Both the position numbers and the translations under genes were made by a program. Source: a bacterium (GTDB lineage Bacteria; Bacteroidota; Ignavibacteria; Kapaibacteriales; UBA7675). From it: a stretch of DNA of 38,628 bases. Shown here piece by piece: positions 1 to 9,519 of the stretch (positions within the stretch are counted from its first letter, which is position 1; the number at the start of each line of letters is the position of its first letter). The stretch is taken from assembly GCA_030426285.1 (NCBI GenBank), contig JAUHYX010000002.1:1-38628 (forward strand), written 5' to 3'. Under the pieces are notes generated by a model. The model saw only the letters and a list, made by a program, of their open reading frames with translations. It was not told where the DNA came from and did not search any database.

Positions 1-2
1 TT

Positions 3-704
3 TGTGTTGAGATTGATTGCACCGCGGACATCCTCGTTGAGTTTGCCGTCGTCGTCGTCATCGTTCCCTTCAACAAACACGTCATATCGCGTCCCTTCTG
101 CTCCGGGCGTGTATGGCACCATAACCGTTGATTCAAGAGCATGCTCCACAAATGCACCAGAACTGTTGGCAACACGCAAGTATCCTACAATACCATCGTT
201 GTTCATGTCGTTACCCGGATCTTCGTCCATGCGACCGTCCTTATCGTCATCCTGTGGTGTTAGTGCTCCCTTGGCCATGCGGATAGGCGTATCGCGAACA
301 GTCTGCAAACTGCTTGCCGACAAGTACGGAACGACATATACAGTTACGGAATCGAGGATGTTGTCATTGTTGAGCGTTCGTTTTACTAAAAAAGAACTCA
401 CGATTCCGGCCATAACATCTGGGCCAGTTATATCCATGGGTTCGATGCCCGCGACAAGCAACAAGGCCGGACGAGAGTGAATATTCTCCCCTTTGCCCAA
501 TGTTACCCACACAAGAGCATTCTCGTCGTAATCGTATCCAAAAGTTTCTAAGTGAACTACATCAGAGTTAGCATCTGCTATTTCCTGTAGCGCTTCACGA
601 ACTACACTCGGAGTTCCCCGTGTATTGGCAACTTCGGCCTGTGCGTATTGAAGCGAGAAAAGCATCGTAGCCGCAATAAGCAAGCGGCACCAAGAGTGGT
701 ACAT
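3..704 (-). CDS. Secreted M14-like (zinc-carboxypeptidase family) protein, N-terminal part only; the gene runs off the left edge of the window
   Basis: This gene is absent from the supplied ORF track because it has no stop codon inside the window. Reading the reverse complement from the ATG at 704-702 gives MYHSWCRLLIAATMLFSLQYAQA (signal peptide), then RPALLLVAGIEPMDITGPDVMAGIV, then TPQDDDKDGRMDEDPGNDMNNDGIVGYLRV, then GNDDDDDGKLNEDVRGAINLN. The frame stays open down to position 3. The acidic DDDxDG..DED..D.NxDG insert is what I remember from FCB-group proteins annotated as M14 family metallopeptidases. The + strand ORF 4..480 (Ser/Pro-rich) is the antisense shadow of this gene. Confidence 0.5.
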   Translation of the reverse strand, partial: MYHSWCRLLIAATMLFSLQYAQAEVANTRGTPSVVREALQEIADANSDVVHLETFGYDYDENALVWVTLGKGENIHSRPALLLVAGIEPMDITGPDVMAGIVSSFLVKRTLNNDNILDSVTVYVVPYLSASSLQTVRDTPIRMAKGALTPQDDDKDGRMDEDPGNDMNNDGIVGYLRVANSSGAFVEHALESTVMVPYTPGAEGTRYDVFVEGNDDDDDGKLNEDVRGAINLNT

Positions 705-1118
705 AGTGCATTCCATGTCATTTGTAAAAACGCGAAAGCACAAAATACAAAGAAGGGTAGAAAAACAGAGGACGACAAGAACAATCGGGTTGTCGCAGGC
801 GACAATAATCGAGGGTGCGCAAAAATACGGTTTGGACCTCTGGGAAGCAGGAGCAGGAATTCTTCCCAGAATTCCAACGTTCTGCACAGCAAAGAAAACA
901 GCAAGTAATATCCACCCCCAACATTGAGCCCTGCGTCACACAATTCGTTACGTCTTCAACGCAACCCGATTGATTTGTCAATGAACGGTTGCAAATAAGA
1001 CAAGAACGTATGGCAAGACAATAGAAGAATCGCGAATGGGATCTATTGGGTTGTATTTGGCAGAATCTGGACTGTGAATGACGAGGTCACAAAACCTAAA
1101 AGGGCTGAATATTTCCTA

Positions 1119-1826
1119 CTACATATTCAAAAAGTTGAGCAGCTTTTCCCTATTTGCGCGAGAAACAGGTACAATTTCACCACCTTTCATGCGGACTTTT
1201 GTACCAGATTTCAATACGATATCGATGTTCTCAGTGTTCACTACATAGCTGCGGTGAATGCGAATAAATGACAGTCTGTTAACGGTCTCTTCGAAAGCAG
1301 ATAAGCTCATATTGGTATACACATCCTTGTTGTTGAGAACGCGAATTTGTAGCCAGTTGTCTTTTACAACGGCGTACTCAATATCGTCCAAAGCTAAAAA
1401 CACAGTCCCTTCAACGGTATCAACACTTATTTTTGAGCGCGCGGGTTCTTCTTGTTTCATGCTTGATTTCAGTTGCAGAAGGTTGTCTACAAGTCGCGTG
1501 AGTTTGCGTCTATCCACAGGCTTCAAGAGGTACTGACTCACTTCCATGTCAAACGCTTTCAGAGCATGATTGTCGTACGCAGTGACGAGAACATATGTGC
1601 AGCGATTATTGTGCAGCGACTCGATAATATCGAATCCAGTGCCATCTGCCATCTCGATGTCCAAAAACGCTATATCTGGCTGATGTTGTCGTATACTGCG
1701 AATACCTTCAGCCACACCTTCTGCCTCTGCGAGAATCTTCACATCGGGACAAAACATCTCAATTGCGCCGGCCAAAGCATCGCGACTTTGCGATTCGTCA
1801 TCGACTATAACACAGGTAAGTTCCAT
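1119..1826 (-). CDS. LytR/AlgR-family response regulator (receiver domain plus LytTR DNA-binding domain)
   Basis: The N-terminus VIVDDE...PDIAFLDIEMADGTGFD is a CheY-like receiver with the phospho-acceptor Asp. The C-terminus FIRIHRSYVVN is the LytTR signature. An AAAGGAG SD site lies upstream of the ATG, and the gene starts 6 nt after the kinase stop. Confidence 0.9.
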   Translation of the reverse strand: MELTCVIVDDESQSRDALAGAIEMFCPDVKILAEAEGVAEGIRSIRQHQPDIAFLDIEMADGTGFDIIESLHNNRCTYVLVTAYDNHALKAFDMEVSQYLLKPVDRRKLTRLVDNLLQLKSSMKQEEPARSKISVDTVEGTVFLALDDIEYAVVKDNWLQIRVLNNKDVYTNMSLSAFEETVNRLSFIRIHRSYVVNTENIDIVLKSGTKVRMKGGEIVPVSRANREKLLNFLNM

Positions 1827-1832
1827 AGGTTG

Positions 1833-4800
1833 CTAGCTCCTTTCTAACATTGGGAATGTGAGTTCCACGATAGTGCCAGGGAATGCTACGTCACCACTGT
1901 CTGAACCTTGCCTAACACTAATACTAAAGACTTCTCCGTACAATGCACGCAATGCTTCCACCCTTTCTCGATTGATTTCAAGTCCTCTAGAAGTATGAGT
2001 TTCAACTTTTTTGTTGGCTAGAGACCGTTCAATTCCAATTCCATTGTCTACGATTGTACAGCGCCACGACATCTCAGTTTCGAGTTGAAGAGTGATTTCT
2101 ACATGTCCGCCTGTTCGTCTTGAAACTCCGTGTTTCACAGAGTTCTCAACAAATGGTTGTATGAGCATTGACGGCATAAATGTCGTTGCTGGATCCAATC
2201 CTTTGCGACAAACTATTGAAAACGTAAAAGACCGATTGTGCCGCTGTGCCTCCAAATCCAAGTATTGTTGAAGAGCAGCCAACTCACTCTCTAGGGTGAT
2301 CAACGGCTTGCGAGAGTTGTCTAAGACAATTCTCATGAGCGTGGCAAAATCAGAGATATAATCGATTGCTTCTTCTTTTTTTCCTTTGACAATAAAACCA
2401 ACAATCGAATTCAATACATTGTACACAAAGTGAGGATTCATTTGCGAACGCAGAGCAGATAGCTGCATTTCAACAAGACGTTCTTGCAAGCGCTGTCGCT
2501 TTCTCGACGCACCAATCCAAACCACGAGTGGAGAGAGTACAAGTAAAATTGCTAGCGTTCCGATTGTGTATCGAAACCAAGTTGTTTGCCACATGGCAGG
2601 TACAACTTCGATGTACATGTTCCTCGCAATCGTTGCCTTTTGTCCGTTCTGAAGAAACGCATTCAGGCTTATCTGGTACACACCAGGGTTTACATTTGCA
2701 TAGTACATTGTAGGATCAGAGCTACGGCTCACCCTTGGAAACTTGTCAATGCCAATCAACTGCACATACCAATGCGCGATATCAGGACGCGTTGTTTTTA
2801 ATACACTCGGAGACAAACGAAACGAGTTTTGGTGATGTCCGATTCGAATCGTGTCGTGTTGTGGGCTCAGAAAAAGCCGCGCGGTATCCGAGGCATAAGA
2901 CTCAAACTCTGAGACGACAGTAAACACCTCTTTGCGCGGAATTTCTAGTGCTTCTACATTTAACTCAACAACGCCTCCATGACCGCCAAACAACACTGCA
3001 TTGTTTCTACTAGCAGACGACTTAAAATTAAATTCTGAGACTTGCATATCTTGATTTGCCAAGAATGCCACTACTGGTTCAAAGTCCAGATCAAATGCTG
3101 TAATACCTCTGTCGGTGCTGACATATAACATCCCATCTGAGCCTACTTCTAAGCATCGAACAATATTACTTGGCAAGCCCCTACCCTCAGAAGCTACGGT
3201 ACTTCTCTTCCAAGATCCTCTCTCTTTCTGCAGCCGCACTAAGCCCCCCCCCGCCGTTGCCAAAACGATACTTCCATTCCATTGCACAATATCCCATACG
3301 GGATACTCCGGGCCTTCACCATTTGCGCGTGACTGAATAATTTCAAACGAGTTGTCATCTAATCCGTAACGGCACACGCCGTTATCGGTACCGATCCATA
3401 GAGACGAGCCGAGCTTCTTGGCGCACACAACCACATCATTGGGCAATCTACTAGACTCTTGCTTGTGCAGGCTTTCGGGAAATGCACGTGTGTTTCCTGA
3501 AACTATATCGTACAAATACGCACCTTCTCCGAGCGTACCGACAAATAACGTTTGCTCATCGATAGCCTGGAGAGCCCATGTTCCGGTTCTGTAGACATAG
3601 GGAATATGCACGGCTTCAAAAGCAGAAAAATCGGGGCGGACAACAAAGAGTCCAGTATTCGTTCCCAAGTACAAGGCATTTCCCATCTCGCACTGCACAT
3701 TAACGATATTGCTTGGCCCCAGGCCAGTTAGAGTTGATTGAATTCGCTTGATACTCTTGCCATTAGAAACAATTATCAACCCTTCTTTTGTACCAACAAA
3801 CAAACTGGAATCTTTTCCAACTAACAACCCCCTAGTACTCACAAGTTGTCCTGTTGTTGGCACATTCATATTCTCTATAGAACCTGCTTTCAGAATGTGT
3901 TCCAAACCAGTAGCAACACGGTGCAACTCGATCAGACCACTTGACATACCGACATAAACAATTCCGGAAGAACACGCTAACAAACTTTGCATAGTTCCAC
4001 CTGTACCTGTTGCACGCAGCATTTCGTCAAAGCTCATCAACACTCGTGTACTACCAAAATGCGACACCCACACTAAGCCAACGTGTTCAACCAAACAAAG
4101 CCACTCTCCGCGCGAACTGCGACGAATCTCGCGTACGAGCGCTTTTTTCTTGCTCACACCAAAGGAAACGTCAATCACTGTCGTATCTGGGTTCCCTCTA
4201 TCGATGAATGCTACCTTCCCTTTGCCACCACATACAACAATAGAATCATACACTTGGACTGAATGTACGGAGGGTTCTGGCTCTCGCGAAAATGGGTTGG
4301 CAAAAAACTGAAATGCCTGTTGCGACTTATCGTATTTCCACACTCCAGCGCGGTCAGATGCGAGAAATACTTCTCCAGTACTATCTATACAAGCATCGTG
4401 TATTTTAGGTGGAAAGGTTGTCTCTGCTTGCAAGTCTGTAAATACTTTAGAGTCACCACTAGAGTAGCTGCGCCAAATGTTGAACGACCTATCAGCACTA
4501 AAAGCCCAAACAACGGTGTCAGCTGCAACGAGCTCTTTGTTCGCTTGGCCTTCTATGCCTGGAAACCTCTCATCTTGCAAAGAAACTCTTCCATAAACCC
4601 GGCCATCAACGGAAACGCCACACAAACCAAAGTTGGTAATACCGGCAACCACTCCACCGTTGGGATTGGCGGTGATTCGCGAAACTGAATTACCAGGCAA
4701 CGAAGAACTGTCACCGGGAATATGTCGCAAGGTTGCAAATCTGATCCCGTCAAACCGTGTTAGGCCGTTGGGAGTAGCGAGCCAAACATATCCATCGCGG

Positions 4801-4967
4801 TCTTCCGCCAAGTCACTGACATGAGCGCTCGGCAACCTGCTATCTTGTGGTCCGAACACGCGCGACACAACATACCCAGGTGAGTGCGTATCGCGGCCAA
4901 AGGCCACGGCACTAACTAAAAGAAACACACAGATATAGCTCTCAATAGTCTTCAAATCATATTGCAC
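1833..4967 (-). CDS. Sensor histidine kinase with a large periplasmic two-component-regulator propeller / Y_Y_Y region and a LytS/YehU-type His_kinase plus HATPase_c
   Basis: Product is 1044 aa. It has an N-terminal signal anchor, about 750 aa of repeated G-L/W...D..G..W.GT propeller-like units, one TM segment (WFRYTIGTLAILLVLSPLVVWIG), then MNPHFVYNVLNSI (PF06580-type H box), FVENSVKHG (N box) and DNGIGI (G1). It starts with GTG and sits in an operon with the LytTR regulator. Confidence 0.9.
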   Translation of the reverse strand: MQYDLKTIESYICVFLLVSAVAFGRDTHSPGYVVSRVFGPQDSRLPSAHVSDLAEDRDGYVWLATPNGLTRFDGIRFATLRHIPGDSSSLPGNSVSRITANPNGGVVAGITNFGLCGVSVDGRVYGRVSLQDERFPGIEGQANKELVAADTVVWAFSADRSFNIWRSYSSGDSKVFTDLQAETTFPPKIHDACIDSTGEVFLASDRAGVWKYDKSQQAFQFFANPFSREPEPSVHSVQVYDSIVVCGGKGKVAFIDRGNPDTTVIDVSFGVSKKKALVREIRRSSRGEWLCLVEHVGLVWVSHFGSTRVLMSFDEMLRATGTGGTMQSLLACSSGIVYVGMSSGLIELHRVATGLEHILKAGSIENMNVPTTGQLVSTRGLLVGKDSSLFVGTKEGLIIVSNGKSIKRIQSTLTGLGPSNIVNVQCEMGNALYLGTNTGLFVVRPDFSAFEAVHIPYVYRTGTWALQAIDEQTLFVGTLGEGAYLYDIVSGNTRAFPESLHKQESSRLPNDVVVCAKKLGSSLWIGTDNGVCRYGLDDNSFEIIQSRANGEGPEYPVWDIVQWNGSIVLATAGGGLVRLQKERGSWKRSTVASEGRGLPSNIVRCLEVGSDGMLYVSTDRGITAFDLDFEPVVAFLANQDMQVSEFNFKSSASRNNAVLFGGHGGVVELNVEALEIPRKEVFTVVSEFESYASDTARLFLSPQHDTIRIGHHQNSFRLSPSVLKTTRPDIAHWYVQLIGIDKFPRVSRSSDPTMYYANVNPGVYQISLNAFLQNGQKATIARNMYIEVVPAMWQTTWFRYTIGTLAILLVLSPLVVWIGASRKRQRLQERLVEMQLSALRSQMNPHFVYNVLNSIVGFIVKGKKEEAIDYISDFATLMRIVLDNSRKPLITLESELAALQQYLDLEAQRHNRSFTFSIVCRKGLDPATTFMPSMLIQPFVENSVKHGVSRRTGGHVEITLQLETEMSWRCTIVDNGIGIERSLANKKVETHTSRGLEINRERVEALRALYGEVFSISVRQGSDSGDVAFPGTIVELTFPMLERS

Positions 4968-5094
4968 AGTAGGGTTTGAGCATCACTTCTTGAGTTAAGA
5001 TAGTGAATAAAGTACTCACTTCTACGCTCCACTATGTCAAACAATAAATGTAAGTTTGCTGAACACAAAACAATGTTGAATTCCGGAGCATAGT

Positions 5095-6036
5095 ATGAAG
5101 CATGTTGTGATAACTGGTGGAGCAGGATTCTTGGGCTCTCATCTCTGTGAAAAATTCATTCGTGAAGGTTACAAAGTTACGTGTATCGACAACTTTGTAA
5201 CAGGCACTCCAGAGAATATCAGCCACCTTATCCCACTTGAACAGTTTCACCTGATTCGGCACGATGTGACCGAGTTCATCTATGTCAAAGGCGATGTTGA
5301 CTATGTCTTGCATTTTGCATCGCCTGCGTCTCCAATAGACTACTTGCGACTGCCAATTCAGACTTTAAAGGTTGGGTCTTTGGGAACTCACAAAGTCCTG
5401 GGTATGGCACTAGCTAAAAAAGCGCGTTTTTTGCTCGCTTCCACTTCTGAAGTGTACGGAGATCCACTCATTCACCCGCAGCCAGAATCGTATTGGGGAA
5501 ATGTGAATCCCATTGGGCAACGCGGAGTTTACGATGAAGCAAAACGCTTTTCCGAGGCAATGACCATGGCATACCACCAATACCATGGCCTTGAAACTCG
5601 TATTGTGAGAATATTCAATACATATGGTCCGCGCATGCGTATCAAAGATGGCCGCGCAATTCCTGCATTCGTAAGCCAAGCGCTGACACATGAACCAGTC
5701 ACTGTCTTTGGCGACGGCAGCCAAACACGTTCGGTTTGCTATGTTGACGATTTAGTTAACGGCATCTACTCACTGCTTCTCTCAAATGAATCAGAGCCTG
5801 TCAATATCGGCAACCCAGATGAGCTAAGTATGCTTCAACTCGCGCAGGAGATTATAGAATTGACAAAGTCGCGCAGTGAAATTGTGTTCAAGGACCTTCC
5901 GGCAGACGATCCCAAAGTTCGTCAACCTGATATATCCAAAGCCAGAGAAATTCTCAACTGGTCTCCGCAAGTAGATAGAAAACAAGGACTTGCCTCGACA
6001 ATTGAATACTTTAAGAAAGCACTAGAATTGGTATGA
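5095..6036 (+). CDS. UDP-glucuronate decarboxylase (UDP-xylose synthase), SDR epimerase/dehydratase family
   Basis: Contains the [12 protein letters not shown] Rossmann motif, STSEVYG and YDEAKR (YxxxK). Length and overall colinearity fit UXS-type enzymes. GGAG lies 7 nt upstream of the ATG. Confidence 0.85.
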   Translation: MKHVVITGGAGFLGSHLCEKFIREGYKVTCIDNFVTGTPENISHLIPLEQFHLIRHDVTEFIYVKGDVDYVLHFASPASPIDYLRLPIQTLKVGSLGTHKVLGMALAKKARFLLASTSEVYGDPLIHPQPESYWGNVNPIGQRGVYDEAKRFSEAMTMAYHQYHGLETRIVRIFNTYGPRMRIKDGRAIPAFVSQALTHEPVTVFGDGSQTRSVCYVDDLVNGIYSLLLSNESEPVNIGNPDELSMLQLAQEIIELTKSRSEIVFKDLPADDPKVRQPDISKAREILNWSPQVDRKQGLASTIEYFKKALELV

Positions 6037-7058
6037 TGGATAGAGATAGAGCAGATGAGAACACCACACCATTGCAACATGGTGAAGACGAATCAGATGC
6101 AGCCCTGCGGCCTAAGATATTTGATGAGTTTGTTGGCCAAGAGAAGATTGTAGAAAATCTGTTGGTTTTCGTTGAAGCTGCTCGAATGCGACATGAGGCA
6201 TTGGATCATGTTCTTCTCACGGGGCCGCCTGGACTAGGCAAAACTACATTGAGTCACATTGTGGCTCGAGAAATGGGCAGCAACATTAAGGTGACAAGTG
6301 GCCCAGTGTTGGAGAAACCTGGTGACCTCGCCGGCCTGCTGACGAATCTAGAAGAAGGCGACGTCTTGTTTATTGATGAGATTCACAGACTCTCTCCCGT
6401 GGTAGAAGAGTATCTTTACTCGGCGATGGAGGATTACTCACTCGATATCATGATCGACTCGGGTCCATCTGCCCGCAGCGTTCAGTTGCAGTTGCCAAGC
6501 TTTACATTGGTGGGAGCAACTACAAGAGCGGGACTTCTCACAGCGCCTCTACGCACGCGCTTTGGTGTGGTGTGTCGACTAGATTATTACGTTCCGGAGC
6601 AACTGCATCACATCGTTATGCGCTCAGCAAAACTCCTAGGCGTTCCCACCAAAGAGGAAGGAGCTTTTGAGATTGCACGCAGGTCACGCGGCACACCGAG
6701 AATTGCGAACAGACTTTTGCGAAGAACACGCGACTTCGCTCAAGTAAAGGGCGATGGAACCATTACGAAAGACATTGCCATGCTTGCACTCACCGCTCTA
6801 GAGGTAGATGAATACGGCTTTGATGAAATGGATGTTCGTATCATGAAAACGATTCTCGACAAGTACGCCGGAGGCCCAGTAGGGCTAAAAACGCTTGCAG
6901 TAGCAGTAGGCGAAGATGCCGGTACTTTGGAAGAGGTTTACGAACCTTTTCTCATCTTACAGGGATTTCTTAACCGCACTCCACGTGGGCGCGAGTTAAC
7001 TGCAACGGCTTACAAGCACTTTGGGGCTTCTCCTCCCGAAGAAGGCTTGTTCTCATAG
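6033..7058 (+). CDS. ruvB: Holliday junction branch migration DNA helicase RuvB
   Basis: Contains [15 protein letters not shown], Walker [10 protein letters not shown], Walker [10 protein letters not shown], and [13 protein letters not shown]. The start overlaps the stop of the upstream gene by 4 nt (ATGA). Confidence 0.97.
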   Translation: MMDRDRADENTTPLQHGEDESDAALRPKIFDEFVGQEKIVENLLVFVEAARMRHEALDHVLLTGPPGLGKTTLSHIVAREMGSNIKVTSGPVLEKPGDLAGLLTNLEEGDVLFIDEIHRLSPVVEEYLYSAMEDYSLDIMIDSGPSARSVQLQLPSFTLVGATTRAGLLTAPLRTRFGVVCRLDYYVPEQLHHIVMRSAKLLGVPTKEEGAFEIARRSRGTPRIANRLLRRTRDFAQVKGDGTITKDIAMLALTALEVDEYGFDEMDVRIMKTILDKYAGGPVGLKTLAVAVGEDAGTLEEVYEPFLILQGFLNRTPRGRELTATAYKHFGASPPEEGLFS

Positions 7059-7089
7059 TATTTACTACGGGCTCGACGACTTGTTGAAT

Positions 7090-9519
7090 TTAGAAATCTT
7101 GACCAAGTGAAATCAGCCAACGCGGCTTTCCGAAATGACCGAAAGCGTTTGGCCAAGCAACATCAATCTTCAATGGCAAACCAATTGGGAAAAGACGTAT
7201 TCCGACTCCTGTAGACCACACAAAATCTCGTGGAACCGGTTTAAAGTCTCGATCGGGCGTGGTTGCATCAATGTCAAACTCCTCATTCCAAGCAGCACCA
7301 GCATCAGCGAAAAGCAAGAAAAAGAGCGGCAATCGCAATTCAATATTGCCCGACACTACATTCTCCCCTCTCAGCTGATTAATATCCCATCCTCGCAAGG
7401 GGTGAACGGCTTTCATGAAGTACAACTCTGTGGCATTGTTGTAGGGTAGCTCATTGGCGAAGAATTCTCTATTCAACCAGCCCTGCTCACCTCCCAGGAA
7501 AAACACCGGTGGATTTGACCCAAATGTTGTTCCGCCAAACAAACGAGAAGCGACCACAAAACCACTGCCTAGGTGAAAGTACTTTCTTATGTCTGTGGAA
7601 AGCCTGCCAAAGCCAATATCTAGGTCACCATTGCCCAATCTCGGAGTGCCGTCAAACCGCACATACATTCGTGTTCCCTCAAATCCACCTGTCCACCCAA
7701 ACAACACGTCGTCATACACATATCCAATCGAAGGCGCAATATGGGTTGCAGATTCAGAAGGCAGATCGGGCGAATTGATGTCTTCCGACATCGTGTGTAC
7801 GAGAGACATGTTTAACTCAGCACGCGAGTATTTGCTAAATGGATAACGAGCCGAGGCTTCGCCACCTACATAACGATACTTCTTGCGCGGTCCAAATAGA
7901 GAGGTTCCTTCGGTGACATATGTTGCCGAGTGGAATGCAGCAAAACTATAATCTATTCTATTTGGCAGGTAATTGTAGGCCAAGTAAAAATTTGAGTTGT
8001 CAAGCGAGGTCAACATATATGCGCTGAAGTACATTTGGTGATCCCCTAGCATGTCTGAGAACAACATCTGAAACTGTCCCTGAACGCCCTGAACCCCATA
8101 GAACGTGTTCATCCCAACATTGCCGGTAATCAGATCTTGTGTAAAGTGGATCTTGTAATCGTACACTGGAAAGTCAGCGTCGGAAAATTCTGAATTCGCA
8201 ATTGATGTGCTGTTGTTGCTGTTTGTATTTGGAGTAACCGACAAACGCATGCCACCCAATTGAACATTGGAATTCGGCGTGGTAGCTGGAGTCGTATTTG
8301 CACTCGCATTACGCGTCTTCACAAATGTTGTTGGTACAGGAACCACATCGGTTAATGTCGTCAACGGTTGATCAATTCGATATAGATCAAAACCCATGTC
8401 GTCCTGTGAAGAAAACAACAGAATACTGCCGTCATTGCTGAGTTCAATTTGTTTTACCCCATTCAAGGCATTCGTTTTGCCGACAATACTTCCTGTGGAG
8501 AGAGTAAGCGAATAGATATTCGAAATCCCGCTCTCGTCTGAGCTAAACCATATTTCGTCTCCGCCAGGTACAATTGCGATAGAAGTTTCAACAGCTTCAG
8601 GACTATTGGTCAGTCGTTCCGCCTCAACCGCCCCTATTTCGAGAAAATAGATGTCGCTCACGTCAACATTGTAGTTCCACATATCAAAGTTTTCGGCGGT
8701 GGTTGTGGTAACCTGCAATTGATCCCCTCTATCCGACACAAAGTACAATCCGCTCGAAGCCTCATTCCATTTGGGTATTGTCTCAGAAAACACATCATTG
8801 GTCAGGCGCGTGACTCGTTCAGTTGCTACTTCAAACAAGAACAGGTCTGGTTGTTCATTCACGGTTGCCGAAAATGCTATATACCTACCATCTGGTGACC
8901 AAGACACAGAATTCATGAATCGAAATCCTAGGTCATACTTCTCTTCATCTCCTGACTCAACATCGACTATAAACAACGCATCGTTGCCGCCTGCTTTGGC
9001 GGAAACCGCGATTCTACGACTATCGGGAGCCCATGAAATTCCGGGTGTGAGGAAATTGAGCTCTTCAAAGTCATTCGCGCGTCCAGATGACAACACCTGC
9101 GTGATTTCTTCGGGATTGTCGAGATTCATAACAAACAATCCGAAAAACATTTCTCTGTCAGATATAAACACGGCCTTCTTTCCGTCTGGCGAAATCTCGG
9201 GAGACGTGTTGTAAAAAGCTCCATCTTCTTCGTGATTGGTCAGGCGCTGAGCGATATCTTTCAAGCGTGAGTATGTGTTGATATCTGGATAGTAGTACCG
9301 CTTGAGATCAGACTTAAACTCTTCGGTGAATTCATCTAATCCCATACCAAAAGTATTCTTAAATGCTGACTCCAAAGTTCCCGCTGCTAACACATTGTTA
9401 ATGAGTTCACCCACTTTGGATGGGCCGTATGTATCTGCTATGTACCAATACACAGTTTGACCACCGCGGTACGCTAAATACCCATTCATTTCTTCAGGCT
9501 CTGGAAGCTTTTCATTCAT
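7090..9519 (-). CDS. TolB-like PD40 beta-propeller plus Omp85/surface-antigen beta-barrel protein; it looks like the C-terminal 809 aa of a larger envelope protein
   Basis: Repeated SPDG/SWSPDG PD40 units (SPEISPDGKKAVFISD, ISWAPDSRRIAVSA, VSWSPDGRYIAFSA). The C-terminus is an Omp85-type barrel (GNIELRLPLF, STGVGIRL, PLKIDVAWP) ending in an aromatic residue (...SLGQDF). There is no signal peptide at its own N-terminus (MNEKLPEPEEMNGY...). Confidence 0.8.
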   Translation of the reverse strand: MNEKLPEPEEMNGYLAYRGGQTVYWYIADTYGPSKVGELINNVLAAGTLESAFKNTFGMGLDEFTEEFKSDLKRYYYPDINTYSRLKDIAQRLTNHEEDGAFYNTSPEISPDGKKAVFISDREMFFGLFVMNLDNPEEITQVLSSGRANDFEELNFLTPGISWAPDSRRIAVSAKAGGNDALFIVDVESGDEEKYDLGFRFMNSVSWSPDGRYIAFSATVNEQPDLFLFEVATERVTRLTNDVFSETIPKWNEASSGLYFVSDRGDQLQVTTTTAENFDMWNYNVDVSDIYFLEIGAVEAERLTNSPEAVETSIAIVPGGDEIWFSSDESGISNIYSLTLSTGSIVGKTNALNGVKQIELSNDGSILLFSSQDDMGFDLYRIDQPLTTLTDVVPVPTTFVKTRNASANTTPATTPNSNVQLGGMRLSVTPNTNSNNSTSIANSEFSDADFPVYDYKIHFTQDLITGNVGMNTFYGVQGVQGQFQMLFSDMLGDHQMYFSAYMLTSLDNSNFYLAYNYLPNRIDYSFAAFHSATYVTEGTSLFGPRKKYRYVGGEASARYPFSKYSRAELNMSLVHTMSEDINSPDLPSESATHIAPSIGYVYDDVLFGWTGGFEGTRMYVRFDGTPRLGNGDLDIGFGRLSTDIRKYFHLGSGFVVASRLFGGTTFGSNPPVFFLGGEQGWLNREFFANELPYNNATELYFMKAVHPLRGWDINQLRGENVVSGNIELRLPLFFLLFADAGAAWNEEFDIDATTPDRDFKPVPRDFVWSTGVGIRLFPIGLPLKIDVAWPNAFGHFGKPRWLISLGQDF

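Noticed and set aside
4-480. A 158-aa + strand ORF (MLRLIAPRTSSLSLPSSSSSFPS...)
   Set aside because: It starts with GTG and is Ser/Pro-rich low-complexity sequence. It lies exactly antisense to a much better minus-strand reading frame that has a signal peptide and M14-like motifs, so it is a shadow ORF.
602-981. Four mutually overlapping short ORFs in the spacer (602..943-, 648..908+, 706..927+, 718..981-), including a Cys-rich 87-aa one
   Set aside because: They overlap one another on both strands and partly overlap the M14-like start. I checked only the starts of the 87-aa minus-strand ORF: it begins at TTG, and its first internal ATG has no SD site. Compositions are highly basic or Cys-rich, typical of random frames, and none shows a recognisable fold or motif.
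6033-6036. The ATGA overlap of UDP-xylose synthase and ruvB as evidence of a functional link
   Set aside because: Four-nucleotide overlaps are common in this window (fabH/fabD and the split envelope gene). This one most likely reflects genome compaction. There is no mechanistic reason to connect the two products.
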